The translations under genes and the position numbers were made by a program. A DNA stretch of 64,000 bases from positions 19,468,001-19,532,000 of the forward strand of contig NC_043023.1 in the NCBI RefSeq assembly GCF_006345805.1, given 5' to 3'. The notes under the pieces are model-generated. The model was not told the origin of the DNA. It made no database searches and worked only from the letters and a program-made list of their open reading frames with translations. Positions 11,995 to 23,762 of the stretch are shown here, piece after piece (position 1 is the stretch's first letter; each line of letters begins with the position of its first letter). This stretch comes from Octopus sinensis (Eukaryota).

Positions 11995-13560
11995 CGCTCA
12001 CAACATCATAAGCGGAAAGTGTAACCTCTCAAAAGAGCTGTCCTTCACTCCTGCTCCGGAGCGTCTGCTGCGGGGTCACTCGGAAAAGCTCTATCTGTGA
12101 CGATTTCATCTCAATCGAAGGAGAGGGGCTTTCTCCGTCTGGGTTGCGGATCTGTGGAATAAGCTGCCGGACGAGATAGTGAAGATGCCGACGACCGCTC
12201 GGTTCAAAGTCTCCCTTGACCACAAATGGCCTGAACTCTTTACATGAACACCACCCTATACATAACTCCATGTCCCTCTAGACGACGCCGTAGTGATCTC
12301 ATTCTTGCTCACAACATCATAAGCGGAAAGTGTAACCTCTCAAAAGAGCTGTTCTTCACTCCTGCTCCGGAGCGTCTGCTGCGGGGTCACTCAGAAAAGC
12401 TCTATCTGCGACGATTTCATCTCAATCGAAGGAGAGGGGCTTTCTCCGTCTGGGTTGCGGATCTGTGGAATAAGCTGCCGGACGAGATAGTGAAAATGCC
12501 GACGACCGCTCGGTTCAAAGTCTCCCTTGACTACAAATGGCCTGAACTCTTTACATGAACACCACCCTATACATAACTCCATGTCCCTCTAGACGACGCC
12601 GTAGTGATCTCATTCTTGCTCACAACATCATAAGCAGAAAGTGTAACCTCTCGAAAGAGCTGTTCTTCACTCCTGCTCCGGAGCGTCTGCTGCGGGGTCA
12701 CTCGGAAAAGCTCTATCTGTGACGATTTCATCTCAATCGAAGGAGAGGGGCTTTCTCCGTCTGGGTTGCGGATCTGTGGAATAAGCTGCCGGACGAGATA
12801 GTGAAAATGCCGACGACCGCTCGGTTCAAAGTCTCCCTTGACCACAAATGGCCTGAACTCTTTACATGAACACCACCCTATACATAACTCAATGTCCCTC
12901 TAGACGACGCCGTGGTGATCTCATTCTTGCTCACAACATCATAAGCGGAAAGTGTAACCTCTCGAAAGAGCTGTCCTTCACTCCTGCTCCAGAGCGTCTG
13001 CTGCGGGGTCACTCGGTAAAGCTCTATCTGCGACGATTTCATCTCAATCGAAGGAGATGGGCTTTCTCCGTCCGGCTTGCGGATCTGTGGAATAAGCTGC
13101 CGGACGAGATGGTGAAGATGCCAACGACCGCTCGGTTCAAAGTCTCTCTTGACCAGAAATGGCCTGAACTCTTTGCATGAACACCCTCCCTGTACATAAC
13201 TCCATGTCCCCCTAGACGACACTGTGATCTCATTCTTGCTCACAACATCATAAGCAGAAAGTGTAACCTCTCGAAAGAGCTGTTCTTCACTCCTGCTCCA
13301 GAGTGTCTGCTGCGGGGTCACTCCGAAAAGCTCTATCTGCGACGATTTCATCTCAATCGAAGGAGAGGGGCTTTCTCCGTCCGGGTTGCAGATCCATGGA
13401 ATAAGTTGCCGGACGAGATGGTGAAGATGCCGACGACCGCTTTGTTCAAAGTCTCCCTTGACCACAAGTGGCCTGAACTCTTTACATGAACACCACCCTG
13501 TACTTAACTCCATGTCCCCCTACATGGCCTTGCTTTTTGCTTTTTGAGCCCAAAAATTAA
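11995..13560 (+). repeat. Five tandem ~311-bp copies of a CR1-clade LINE 3' end, finishing in a (TAAC)n tail
   Basis: Units start at 11997, 12308, 12619, 12930 and 13239. Each encodes RRRGDLILAHNI...LRGHSEKL...FSVRVAD.WNKLP...FKVSLD (CR1 ORF2 C-terminus). Monomer at ~21710-22135 (-). Confidence 0.9.
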
Positions 13561-14705
13561 CTAACTAACTAACTAACTAACATGCTTGTGGTAGCTGTAA
13601 CATGATTTTGAGTAAGGTCAGCACTTGATGGTCCTCTTAAACGTGATCAGCAAGGATGTGGTTTTCAGGTCTTGCTTAGAACTCCTGCTCTTTTGTACAG
13701 ATACAACAACAATGGATGCCTTTTTCGCTGAGACCCACAAAAGCCTTATGAGTGGATTTCGGAGACACAAACTCGAAAGAAATTTTTCTCGTTATTGTCG
13801 TTGTGTTTACTCTCCATTACTGCTTGACAGTTGAAGTTCGTTTATGTCTCCATAACTTTGTGGTCCAGCAAAAAAGGTATAGATAGTGTCAAGTTAATAT
13901 TCCTGTACTTTCATAGAGTAGAAATTTATTATACTTCAACATAAATGTTGACAGTGACTTTGAAGGCAGTCCGATGCTGGCTTAGCAGGTCGAAGCTCAG
14001 AAATCACTGTCAACAATGTACTTGTTTAGAGAATAAAATATAAACATACACACACATGAAGGAAAATAGGGATTAAGTAAATACAGGTGCACATATATAT
14101 ATATATATATAATATATATATATATATGTATATAATTGTTACCTATATGGTTTTATTGCACACTGACTACTTATTAAAATCTTATAAAGATTTTCTCTTT
14201 GATGTTGTATATATCCCACTGCGTGGCATCTTGGGCAAGTGTCTTCTGCTATAGTCCCGGGCCGACCAATACCTTGTGAGTGGATTTGGTAGACGGAAAC
14301 TGAAAGAAGCCCATTGTATATATATATATATATGTGTGTGTTTGTGTGTCTGTGTTTGTCCCCCTAGCATTGCTTGACAACCGATGCTGGTGTGTTTACG
14401 TCCCCGTCACTTAGCGGTTCGGCAAAAGTGACCGATAGAATAAGTACTGGGCTTACAAAGAATAAGTCCCGGGGTTGATTTGCTCGACTAAAGGCGGTGC
14501 TCCAGCATGGTCGCAGTAAACTGACTGAAACAAGTAAAGAGAGTATATATATATATATATATGTATATATATGTATAAATAAATAATTTGGGAAAACAAA
14601 TTTCCAAATCAATCAGGTGCAACCCTTCAGCTTACTTTGGGGGTTTTATTTATCGGATATTTATATATTTATCTATAAATATACAAAGTATCTGATAAAA
14701 GTCAA

Positions 14706-14956
14706 TATTCAATTTTCGGGGATGAATCGATATGCAGGTATTCTATTTCAGATAATACAAAAATAACCTAATGACTATATATCTGACAGTAAACTCATAG
14801 TATCAGTTTGCTCATCACAAAATAATACTTAAAGGATATAACCAAAATTACCAGCTGGGTATATAATGTACTTCATTAATTATATCATACTTTAGTTAAT
14901 ACTTATATGTATGAAATAGAATACCCGCATATTGATTAATCCCCCAAAATTGAATA
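14706..14956. mobile_element. MITE-like element with ~45-50-bp terminal inverted repeats
   Basis: TATTCAATTTTCGGGGATGAATCGATATGCAGGTATTCTATTTCA at the left end is inverted as TGAAATAGAATACCCGCATATTGATTAATCCCCCAAAATTGAATA at the right end. Confidence 0.65.
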
Positions 14957-15009
14957 TATATACATATATACACACATGCATACATATATGCACACACATC
15001 CATATATAT

Positions 15010-15250
15010 ATATATCTCCCCTACTTTCCTCTTCGTGTTTGACCCTTCTGTCCAGCACGAGTCGCTATGATAGATCGTTAGCCACTACACACATTTTTTT
15101 CTCTCCTTGTTTTTTTCTGTGTCCCTTTCTGTAGAAGAGCGTAGGTTCAAAACGTAAAAGACTTTTTCTATTCCTGATCGTTATACTAATACATCTGTTT
15201 GTTTTGTACACCACCTGTCTTCGTCTTTTTTTTTTCGTAAACACTCCTCT
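15010..15250 (+). mobile_element. Probable Penelope-like terminal-repeat fragment with a degenerate hammerhead motif
   Basis: CTTT-CTGTAGA-A-GAGC GTAG GTTC-AAAAC-GTA-AAAG at 15125-15160; flanked by (TA)n. Confidence 0.45.
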
Positions 15251-15266
15251 ATATACTCTCTTTTAC

Positions 15267-15297
<31 letters not shown>

Positions 15298-15915
15298 GGC
15301 ATGGCTGTGTGGTAAGTAACTTGCTTACCAACCACATAGTTTTGGGTTCAGTCCCATTGTGTGGCACCTTGGGCAAGTGTCTTCTATAGCCTCTGGCTGG
15401 TCAAGGCCTTGTGAAAGGATTTGGTAGACAGCAACTGAAAGAAGTCAGTCGTGTGTGTGTGTGCGTATTTACATCCCTGCAACTTAGCGGTTTGGCAGAA
15501 GAGGCTGATAGAATAAGTTCTAGGCTTACAAAGTAAAAGTCCTGGGGTCGATTTGTTTGACTAAAGGCGGTGCTCCAGCATGGCCACAGTCAAATGACTG
15601 AAACAAGTAAAAGAGTAAAAGAATATAGTCACACACATACACATATATACACACACATACGTACATACATAAATACACACGATATAATTCAAAGGAATTC
15701 CAACTTTGTCTTTTATATTATATTTATATTCTTTATAATATTAATGTAGAATATAGAATATATAGTATAAATAATATATATATATAGTAAAATGAAATGA
15801 AGTATTGATTGTCTAATTGAATAGATGAAATATTGAATATCAAATATTAAGGGACTAGTATACTTTCTTGCATTAAAGCAGTCTTCAAGGTCCCAGGTTG
15901 TGACAGGAGTGTTTC

Positions 15916-15980
<65 letters not shown>

Positions 15981-16108
15981 TGCATACACTTATATACACT
16001 CACCTGTATGTACATATATGCATCTAACTGTTTTTTGTTTTGTTTGAAATCTATCTATAGATGTGTTTGTACATCAGCATGTACACGCCTATACATTTTT
16101 GATGTGTG

Positions 16109-16141
<33 letters not shown>

Positions 16142-16476
16142 AAATATACTTGCATGGCATGTAGAGTGTGCATCAATAAAGGGTGCTCTATTTGTTGAAA
16201 TGCAGTTTGGTTGGGATTTGTTTATTTTTAACAACCTACCCAACCCACCCCCTCATTATTGATGTCAGCTCTGCATGTTTGTGTTTGTGTGTGTGTGTGT
16301 GTTACTACATTGCGCGACTTGTTTTGAAATCAGTCAGTGAAAAAAAACTGTGTGGGTGGCTGTCTGTCTGTCCGTGCGTCGCTTTGTGCAAAATGTTATT
16401 TTGTAGGAATATATATATCCTTGGCAATTAGGAATCTTTTCTCTGTATATGTATATCCCTTCTCAATCTCTCTCTC

Positions 16477-16513
<37 letters not shown>

Positions 16514-17039
16514 TCTTACTCTTTACTCTTTTACTTGTTTCAGTCATTTGACTGTGGCCATGCTGGAGCACCGCCTTTAATCGAGCAACTCGACCCCGGG
16601 ACTTATTCTTTTGTAAGCCCAGTACTTAATCTATCGGTCTCTTTTGCCGAACCACTAAGTAACGGGGACATAAACACACCAGCATCGGTTGTCAAGCAAT
16701 GCTAGGGGGACAAACACAGAAACACACACACACATATATACATATATACGACGGGCTTCTTTCAGTTTCCGCTTACCAAATCAAGACACTTGCCCAAGAT
16801 GCCACGCAGTGGCTGAACCCGAACCATGTGGTTGGTAAACAAGCTACTTACCACCAGCCACTCCTGCGCCTGCTATATATTTATATATATATATATACAC
16901 ATATATACGACGGGCTTCTTTCAGTTTCCGCTTACCAAATCAGAAGACACTTGCCCAAGATGCCACGCAGTGGGACTGAACCCGGAACCATGTGGTTGGT
17001 AAACAAGCTACTTACCACACAGCCACTCCTGCGCCTATA

Positions 17040-17075
<36 letters not shown>

Positions 17076-17409
17076 GTGTGTGTATTTGTATATATAGAAG
17101 TGTGCTTACAATTATATTGTGTATTTCGTAGCTGGAGGTATTTCTATCTTTTTGTTTAATAATATGTATTGTGTTAATAAATGTATGTATACACTTACAT
17201 ATACACTCGTGATCCCCGCTGTATATATTCTTGCTCATGTGTGCACACACATGTTTGTATCTATCTACCTACCTATCTATCTGTATATATATATATTTAC
17301 ACATGCTTGTCTGTATGCACACTGTTTGTGTGTATATATCTATCTCTCTCTCTCTCTCTCTCTCCTCTCTCCTCTCTATATATATATAATATATATAATA
17401 TATTATATA

Positions 17410-17555
17410 TACCAGAGTAAACACATAAATGTGAAAAAGGTGGAAAAAAGAGTACTCAATACCAGTGGTAGAGTAATATGCTTTATTTTAAGCAACAGAA
17501 AATTCAACAAAATCTGTTGAATTTTGTTGAATTTTCTGCTGCTTAAAATAAAGTA
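17410..17555. mobile_element. Centre-deleted copy of the palindromic element at 28146-28369
   Basis: Same outer sequence TACC.GAGTAAACACATAAATGTG...GCTTTATTTTAAGCA.CAGAAAATTCAACAAAATCTGTT, followed directly by the inverted arm; in (TA)n. Confidence 0.75.
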
Positions 17556-17589
17556 TATATATATATATATATATAGATAGATATATACA

Positions 17590-17790
17590 CACATTTTTTT
17601 CCCTCCGTCTTCCCTTCTCTGGATCTTTCTTTCTCCTATGTTTCCGACGAAGAGCTCCGCTCGAAACGTTAAACCCTCCTTCTTTCCTTCTTTCCTGAGC
17701 GTCCAATAATACTATATTTGTTCCACGTCCTCGCGTTGTTGTGTTTTTTTGTGCTTTCTTGTTTGGATTAACTTTATATATATGTATATA
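17590..17790 (+). mobile_element. Probable Penelope-like terminal-repeat fragment with a hammerhead-like motif
   Basis: GTTT-CCGACGA-A-GAGC TCC GCTC-GAAAC-GTT-AAAC at 17640-17674; flanked by (TA)n. Confidence 0.5.
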
Positions 17791-17799
17791 TATATACAT

Positions 17800-18240
17800 A
17801 TATCGGTGGCACATAGAAACACCATCCGAGCGTGGCCGTTCGCCAGCCTCGTCTGGCACCTGTGTCGGTGGCACATAAAAACACCATCCGAGCGTGGTCG
17901 TCTGCCAGCCTTGTCTGGCACCTGTGTCGGTGGCACATAAAAACACCATCCGAGCGTGGCCGTTCGCCAGCCTCGTCTGGCACCTGTGTCGGTGGCACAT
18001 AAAAAACACCATCCGAGCGTGGCCGTTAGCCAGCCTCGTCTGGCACCTGTGTCGGTGGCACAAAAAATCACCCACTACACTCTCGGAGTGGTTGGCGTTA
18101 GGAAGGGCATCCAGCTGTAGAAACACTGCCAGATCTGACTGGCCTGGTGCAGCCTTCGGGCTCCCCAGACACCAGTTGAACAGTCCAACCCATGCTAGCA
18201 TGGAAAGCGGACGTTAAATGATGATGATGATGATGATGAT
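17800..18240 (+). mobile_element. RTE 3' UTR with ~4 internal 58-bp tandem units
   Basis: Unit GGCACATAAAAACACCATCCGAGCGTGGCCGTTCGCCAGCCTCGTCTGGCACCTGTGTCGGT. Sister copy at ~29520-29975. Confidence 0.8.
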
Positions 18241-18823
18241 ACATGATGTGTGTGTGTTTATTTAGTTTGTAAAATACTATGCCTCTTATTAAGTTCCTTA
18301 GTTTTGCTTGTGAGCTTTCTTCTTAACAAGAAATATATATACACACAGACACACCTTTTACCTTTTACTTGTTTCATTCATTAGACTGCATCCATCCTGG
18401 GGTACCACCTTGAATTTTTTTTAGTCAAATGAATCTACTCCAGTACTTTTTTTTTGAAGGCTAGTATTTATTCTATCGATCTCTTTTGCCGATCTACACA
18501 GTTACAGATGTAAACACACCAACACCGGTTGTCAAGCTCTGGTGAGGTATACGCACACACCACACACACACACATATATATATGTTCATAGAATGCTGAG
18601 CGACAGTCATGATGTTGGCATTTTAATACCTGGTGTGAATTATCATGATACAGGTGTCTCTTTTCCAATATTCAGATTGCTTCTAGTCATCCATGTCAGC
18701 TAATTTTTTCTCGACTACATCTTCAGTTCTTATTCTCCCTAACTACATTGACTGTTCACGGATGTATCAAGCCATTCTTGAAAAGATTTTATGAAACAGG
18801 GAATAAAATCAGCTAATTTTTTT

Positions 18824-19549
18824 GGATCTTTTCGGTTTGAACGGCAGTTTTTTCTAGTGGTGTCATATGAAATTGTCACCCATAATTATGACCCTACTAT
18901 CTGTGTTAGGGGTGGGGGGAAGGGTATCTTTTTTTCTTCACAAATGTAAATAAACCCAATCTGTTTCTTAAACGAGGGACATATTCATACGACACAGAAT
19001 TTTTTTCACCTCAATAGACGTCATTGATTGGTTGAAATTTCAGAAATTGAAGGAAAAAAACAACAAATATCTTACAAACTACAAACTATAGAATTTTCTC
19101 AATAAAGCCAAGAGAAAAAGATGTTTTATAAACACATTCTACCAGTACACGAAGTTTAAAAGTGTTTAGTTACTCTTTTACTTGTTTCAGTCATTTGACT
19201 GCGGCCATGCTGGAGCACCGCCTTTAATCGAGCAACTCGACCCCGGGACTTATTCTTTCGCCGAACCGCTAATTAACGGGGACATAAACACACCAGCATC
19301 GGACACACAAACACATACATGCATAGATATATATACATATATACAACGGGCTTCTTTTCAGTTTCCGTCTACCAAATCCACTCACAAGGCTTTGGTCGGC
19401 CCGAGGCTATAGTAGAAGACACTTGCCCAAGGTGCCACGCAGTGGGACTGAACCCAGAACCATGTGGTTGGTAAACAAGCTACTTACCACACAGCCACTC
19501 CTTACGTGGAAATTATTTTAAGAAACTGCCTTTCAAACTGAAAAGATCC
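18824..19549. mobile_element. MITE (Mutator- or hAT-like) interrupted by a SINE
   Basis: TIR GGATCTTTTCGGTTTGAACGGCAG / ...AAACTGAAAAGATCC; flanks AATTTTTT on both sides; SINE at 19171-19501 with TTAC duplicated. Confidence 0.8.
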
Positions 19550-19861
19550 AATTTTTTCTCAACTACTTCAGTTCTTATTCTCCCTAACTCCATTGGATGT
19601 TCAAGGATGTATCAAGCCATTCCTGAAAAGATGTTATGAAGCAGAGAATAAAATCAGCTAATTTTTTTCCCAACTCCTTCAATCTTCATGCTTCTCAACT
19701 CTGCTGTTCACGGATGCATGAAGCCATTCCTGAAAAATAAGGAAACATAAAAAACACCCCATCAATTCTAACCCAAGGAACCTGGATGCTGTACATACAA
19801 TGTTTGTGATTCACTTGGATGCTGCTCAGTGCTTCACACATGTGATCATTCGATCTATTTT

Positions 19862-20444
19862 TGGAAGCACTCCGTCAGTTACGACGACGAGGGTTCCGGT
19901 TGATCCGAATCAACGGAACAGCCTGCTCGTGAAATTAACGTGTAAGTGGCTGAGCACTCCACAGACACGTGTACCCTTAACGTAGTTCTCGGGGATATTC
20001 GGCGTGACACAGAGAGTGACAAGGCCGGCCCCTTGAAATACAGGTACAACAGAAACAGGAAGTGGAAGCACTCCGTCGGTTCCGACGACGAGGGTTCTGG
20101 TTGATCCGATCAACGGAACAGCCTGCTCGTGAAATTAACGTGTAAGTGGCTGAGCACTCCACAGACACGTGTACCCTTAACGTAATTCTCGGGGATATTC
20201 AGCGTGACACAGAGAGTGACTAGGCCGGCCCTTTGAAATACAGGTACGACAGAAACAGGAAGTAAGAGTGAGAGAAAGTTGTGAAAGAGTATAGCAGGGA
20301 TCACCACCATCACCCGCTGGAGCCTCGTGGAGCTTTTAGGTGTTTTCGCTCAATAATCACTCACAACGCCCGGTCTGGGAATCGAAACTGTGATCCTACG
20401 ACCGCGAATCCGCTGCCCTAACCACTGGGCCATTGCGCATCCAC
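19862..20444 (-). mobile_element. tRNA-derived SINE (third family) with duplicated 3' ~200 bp
   Basis: Same family as 3288-3673; the 3' part is present twice; approximate TSD ATTCrATCTAT. Confidence 0.85.
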
Positions 20445-20639
20445 TATTCAATCTATATCGGAATTAAGAAATAACTTGGCTTGGATTGATTGGTGGTGGT
20501 CAGGCGGTTAGTTTTAGTGTCCTCTGTTGATCTTCGTTGACATCAAGGGCAGATAATATTTTGAGTGTAAGGTTGTGGTCTGTTGTTTTAGTTAAGTGGT
20601 AACTGTTCTGAATTAGAACCAAGAAGATTCTAGATTCTT

Positions 20640-20744
20640 TTTTTTTTTGTTTCTATCTGTTGATTCTTCTTTCTCCCTTTTTCTTTCTTTCTTTCTATGT
20701 CCTCCTCTCTCTGTCTCTTTATATGTCCTTCTCTATCTGCCTGT

Positions 20745-20777
<33 letters not shown>

Positions 20778-21200
20778 GACTGGTCCTCCCTATCTCTCTT
20801 TCTCCTTGACTGTCCCCCTCTCTCTCTTTCTCCTTGACTGGTCCTGTCTCTCTCTCTGACTGGCCCCCTCTCTCTCTCTCTCTCTTTCACTAGCCCTCTC
20901 TCTCTCTTTCTCCCTGACTGGCTCTCTCTCTCTGACTGGACCCCTCTCTCTCTCTCCTGTCCCTCTCTATCTTTCCCCCTCCCGGTCGGTTCATCTCTCC
21001 CCATTCCTGTTCATCTTCATCCCTATCTATCTTACCCTCTCCGTCTATCTATCATTCTCCGTGTCTACGTATCCCTTTCTACATTAGTCTGTCTGTCTGT
21101 CTCTGCCTGTCCCCAGTCCCTCTCTCCCTCTTACTCACTGCCTCTGTCTGTCTGCGAGTATTTGTGTTTATCTGTCTACCCCCCCATTCTCCCCCCTCTC
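20640..21200. repeat. (CT)n-rich low-complexity block
   Basis: Degenerate CT/GA repeats with recurring GACTGGTCC; source of the RERE ORF artefact. Confidence 0.85.
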
Positions 21201-21329
21201 ATCTACTGCCAGTTCTGCTCTTATGTAAGCGAGACCTGCTAACAAGGAGATGGTATGTGTGTGTGTGTCTGTGTGTTGTGTTGATGTAATCTACTTCTCT
21301 CCCAGTCAGCCACCCTATGACACACCCTG

Positions 21330-21670
21330 TGTGTTTTGGGGAGTGTAGATAGGGGTGAATGAGAAATAAATACGCTGTTTGTCTCTGTCTGTGGCAGGGT
21401 GGGTAGCAGCAGCAGTTTCTTATACCAACAAGGTGTGAGTTGTCGAGCTATGTTGAACAGCTGCAGTCGTGTGTGGGGTGGATCCATCTGTCATCAGAGT
21501 CTGAGTCGATGGTGATGATTACCTTGCCACCTTCTTTTAATCAGGCAGGTGAGGCAGTTTTCCTTTGCCTGGTGGCTGCGGTGAAAGAGGTCGTTTGGTG
21601 GATGAGGCCGAAAGGCATGAGGATGGTCGCATTCCTCATAGGTAGAACCCTCATTGAAAAGGAGAGAGAG
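21330..21670 (+). mobile_element. Tx1/L1-like LINE ORF2 C-terminal fragment
   Basis: ...LPPSFNQAGEAVFLCLVAAVKEVVWWMRPKG; homologous to 34895-35575. Confidence 0.55.
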
Positions 21671-21709
21671 TGAATCCTTGAGTGAATTTATTAGAAGATG
21701 GCTGAAAGT

Positions 21710-22135
21710 TTGTTAGTTAATTTTTTTGCTCAAAAAGCAAAAAAGCAAGGCCATGTAGGGGGACATGGAGTTATGTACAGGGAGGGTGTTCATGTAAAGA
21801 GTTCAGGCCACTTGAGGTCAAGGGAAACTTTGAACCGAGCGGTCATCGGCATCTTCACTATCTCGTCCGGCAGCTTATTCCATGGATCCGCAACCCGGAC
21901 GGAGAAAGCCCCTCTCCTTCGATTGAGATGAAATCGTCACAGATAGAGCTTTTCGGAGTGACCCTGCAGCCGACACTCTGGAGCAGGAGTGAAGAACAGC
22001 TCTTTCGAGAGGTTACACTTTCCACTCATGATGATGTGAGCGAGAATGAGATCACCATGGCGGCGGCATTTTTCTAGAGAATAAAGGTCAAGCGTCCTCA
22101 GCGAGAATGGAAGGTACCACTCTAAGTGCAAACGT
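21710..22135 (-). mobile_element. CR1-clade LINE 3' end (monomer of the 311-bp array family)
   Basis: RRHGDLILAHIIMSGKCNLSKELFFTPAPECRLQGHSEKLYL, with the same 3' UTR and TAAC-type tail. Confidence 0.85.
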
Positions 22136-23724
22136 ATGAGTCGGAGAATGTAAATTGGAGATCTTGGATGGTAGAGTTCCTCAATTATCTGTAGAGGCCC
22201 TCATATGAGGAGGGCAACAGAAACTATCCTTTTTTATTTGTTTTTAGTATTGTGCACTACATATGCTCACCTTTGTTTTTACTATATACTGTACACAGTT
22301 TATATAGATAGATGTGTAAGAAAATAAGATGACAAAGGGAAACTTCATTGGCTTGCAGCTGTTTCTGCTACAAGGTACAGTGTTCTCGTGGTCGAATGCC
22401 TTAACAACTTATGGCTTCATTGGAACCTGAAATATGAAGCGCAATTTATCGCAATGTCTAAGTGAAAGATATATATATCTAGATATCTATCCATATATCT
22501 GTTCTTTTATTCGTTTTGGTCATTTGACTGTGGTCATGCTGGAGCACTGCCTTTTAGTTGAAGAAATTGACCCCAGGACTTATTTTTTTGTGAGTCTGGC
22601 ACTTATTCTATTGGTCTGTCTTGCTGAACTGCTAGATTACGGGGACGTAAACACAACCAACATTGGTTGTCAAGTGATGGTAGGTGGACATAGACACAAA
22701 GACATACACATAAATACACACACACACACGTGACAAACTTCTTTCAGTTTCACTGACAAAATTCTGTGCTGCATCTCATCAGATGCAGCACGATGTTTTG
22801 TCAGTGAACAGGTCGCGGTCTGAAAGTGACGAAAATATTTTGACAAATTAAATTTAAATGTTGAAGTGAATCTAATAGTTTTTGTGTGTTTCTTAAATGG
22901 CTTATAAACACCTTCCATGCTGCAATTGCTTTCGTTGCAGCACACGATCTCAGATCAGGCCACTTGCTATGCAAGTACATATCCGTAATATATATAATGA
23001 ATATAGTAAAAGTTGACAATTTTTTTATCTTATATTTATTTTGTAAACAAATAAAACAATATTACATAAAGCATTTTATAAGCATGTTATAATGTTCCTT
23101 TCTTTTCTGGAAACTCGCCGTGTACTGGCAGCTGATGGCTTGCGGACTGGCACTCTGAGTAGCACCACAGTACAGTACTGTTTCTACTTCATGGATTTTC
23201 ACCTATCGTGGGGCATTTGGAACATAACACCTGTGATAGTCGAGGGATTATTGTATTATTATTATTAAGGTAGTGAGCTGACAGAATCTTTAGCATACCA
23301 GGCAAAATGCTTAGCGACATTTCACCCGTCTTTGCGTTCTGAGTTCAAATTCTACTGAGGTTGACTTTGCCTTTCATCCTGATAAAATAAGAGCCAGCTG
23401 AGGAGTGGGGGGTGATGTCATCGACTAGCCCCCCCCCCTCCACCTTAAAATTGTTGGCCTTCTGCCAGAATTTGAAAGAATACTTTATTTATTATGATGA
23501 TGAAACCCTGCTTGTCCAGCCCCTACCCTATCTCTCTGCTCCACCACACACAACCCAATTTTTACTAATTGATATCATCAAGTTTTCTGAAAGGAGTGTG
23601 TGTGTGTTAGTGTTTATTTTTAATTTTATATATTTTCTCGTTTTTTTTTGCTTTCACTTTTTGCTTTTTCTCCTCTCTTATCAAGATAATGATTTCATTT
23701 TTTCACAAATTCTAATATTTATAG

Positions 23725-23762
<38 letters not shown>

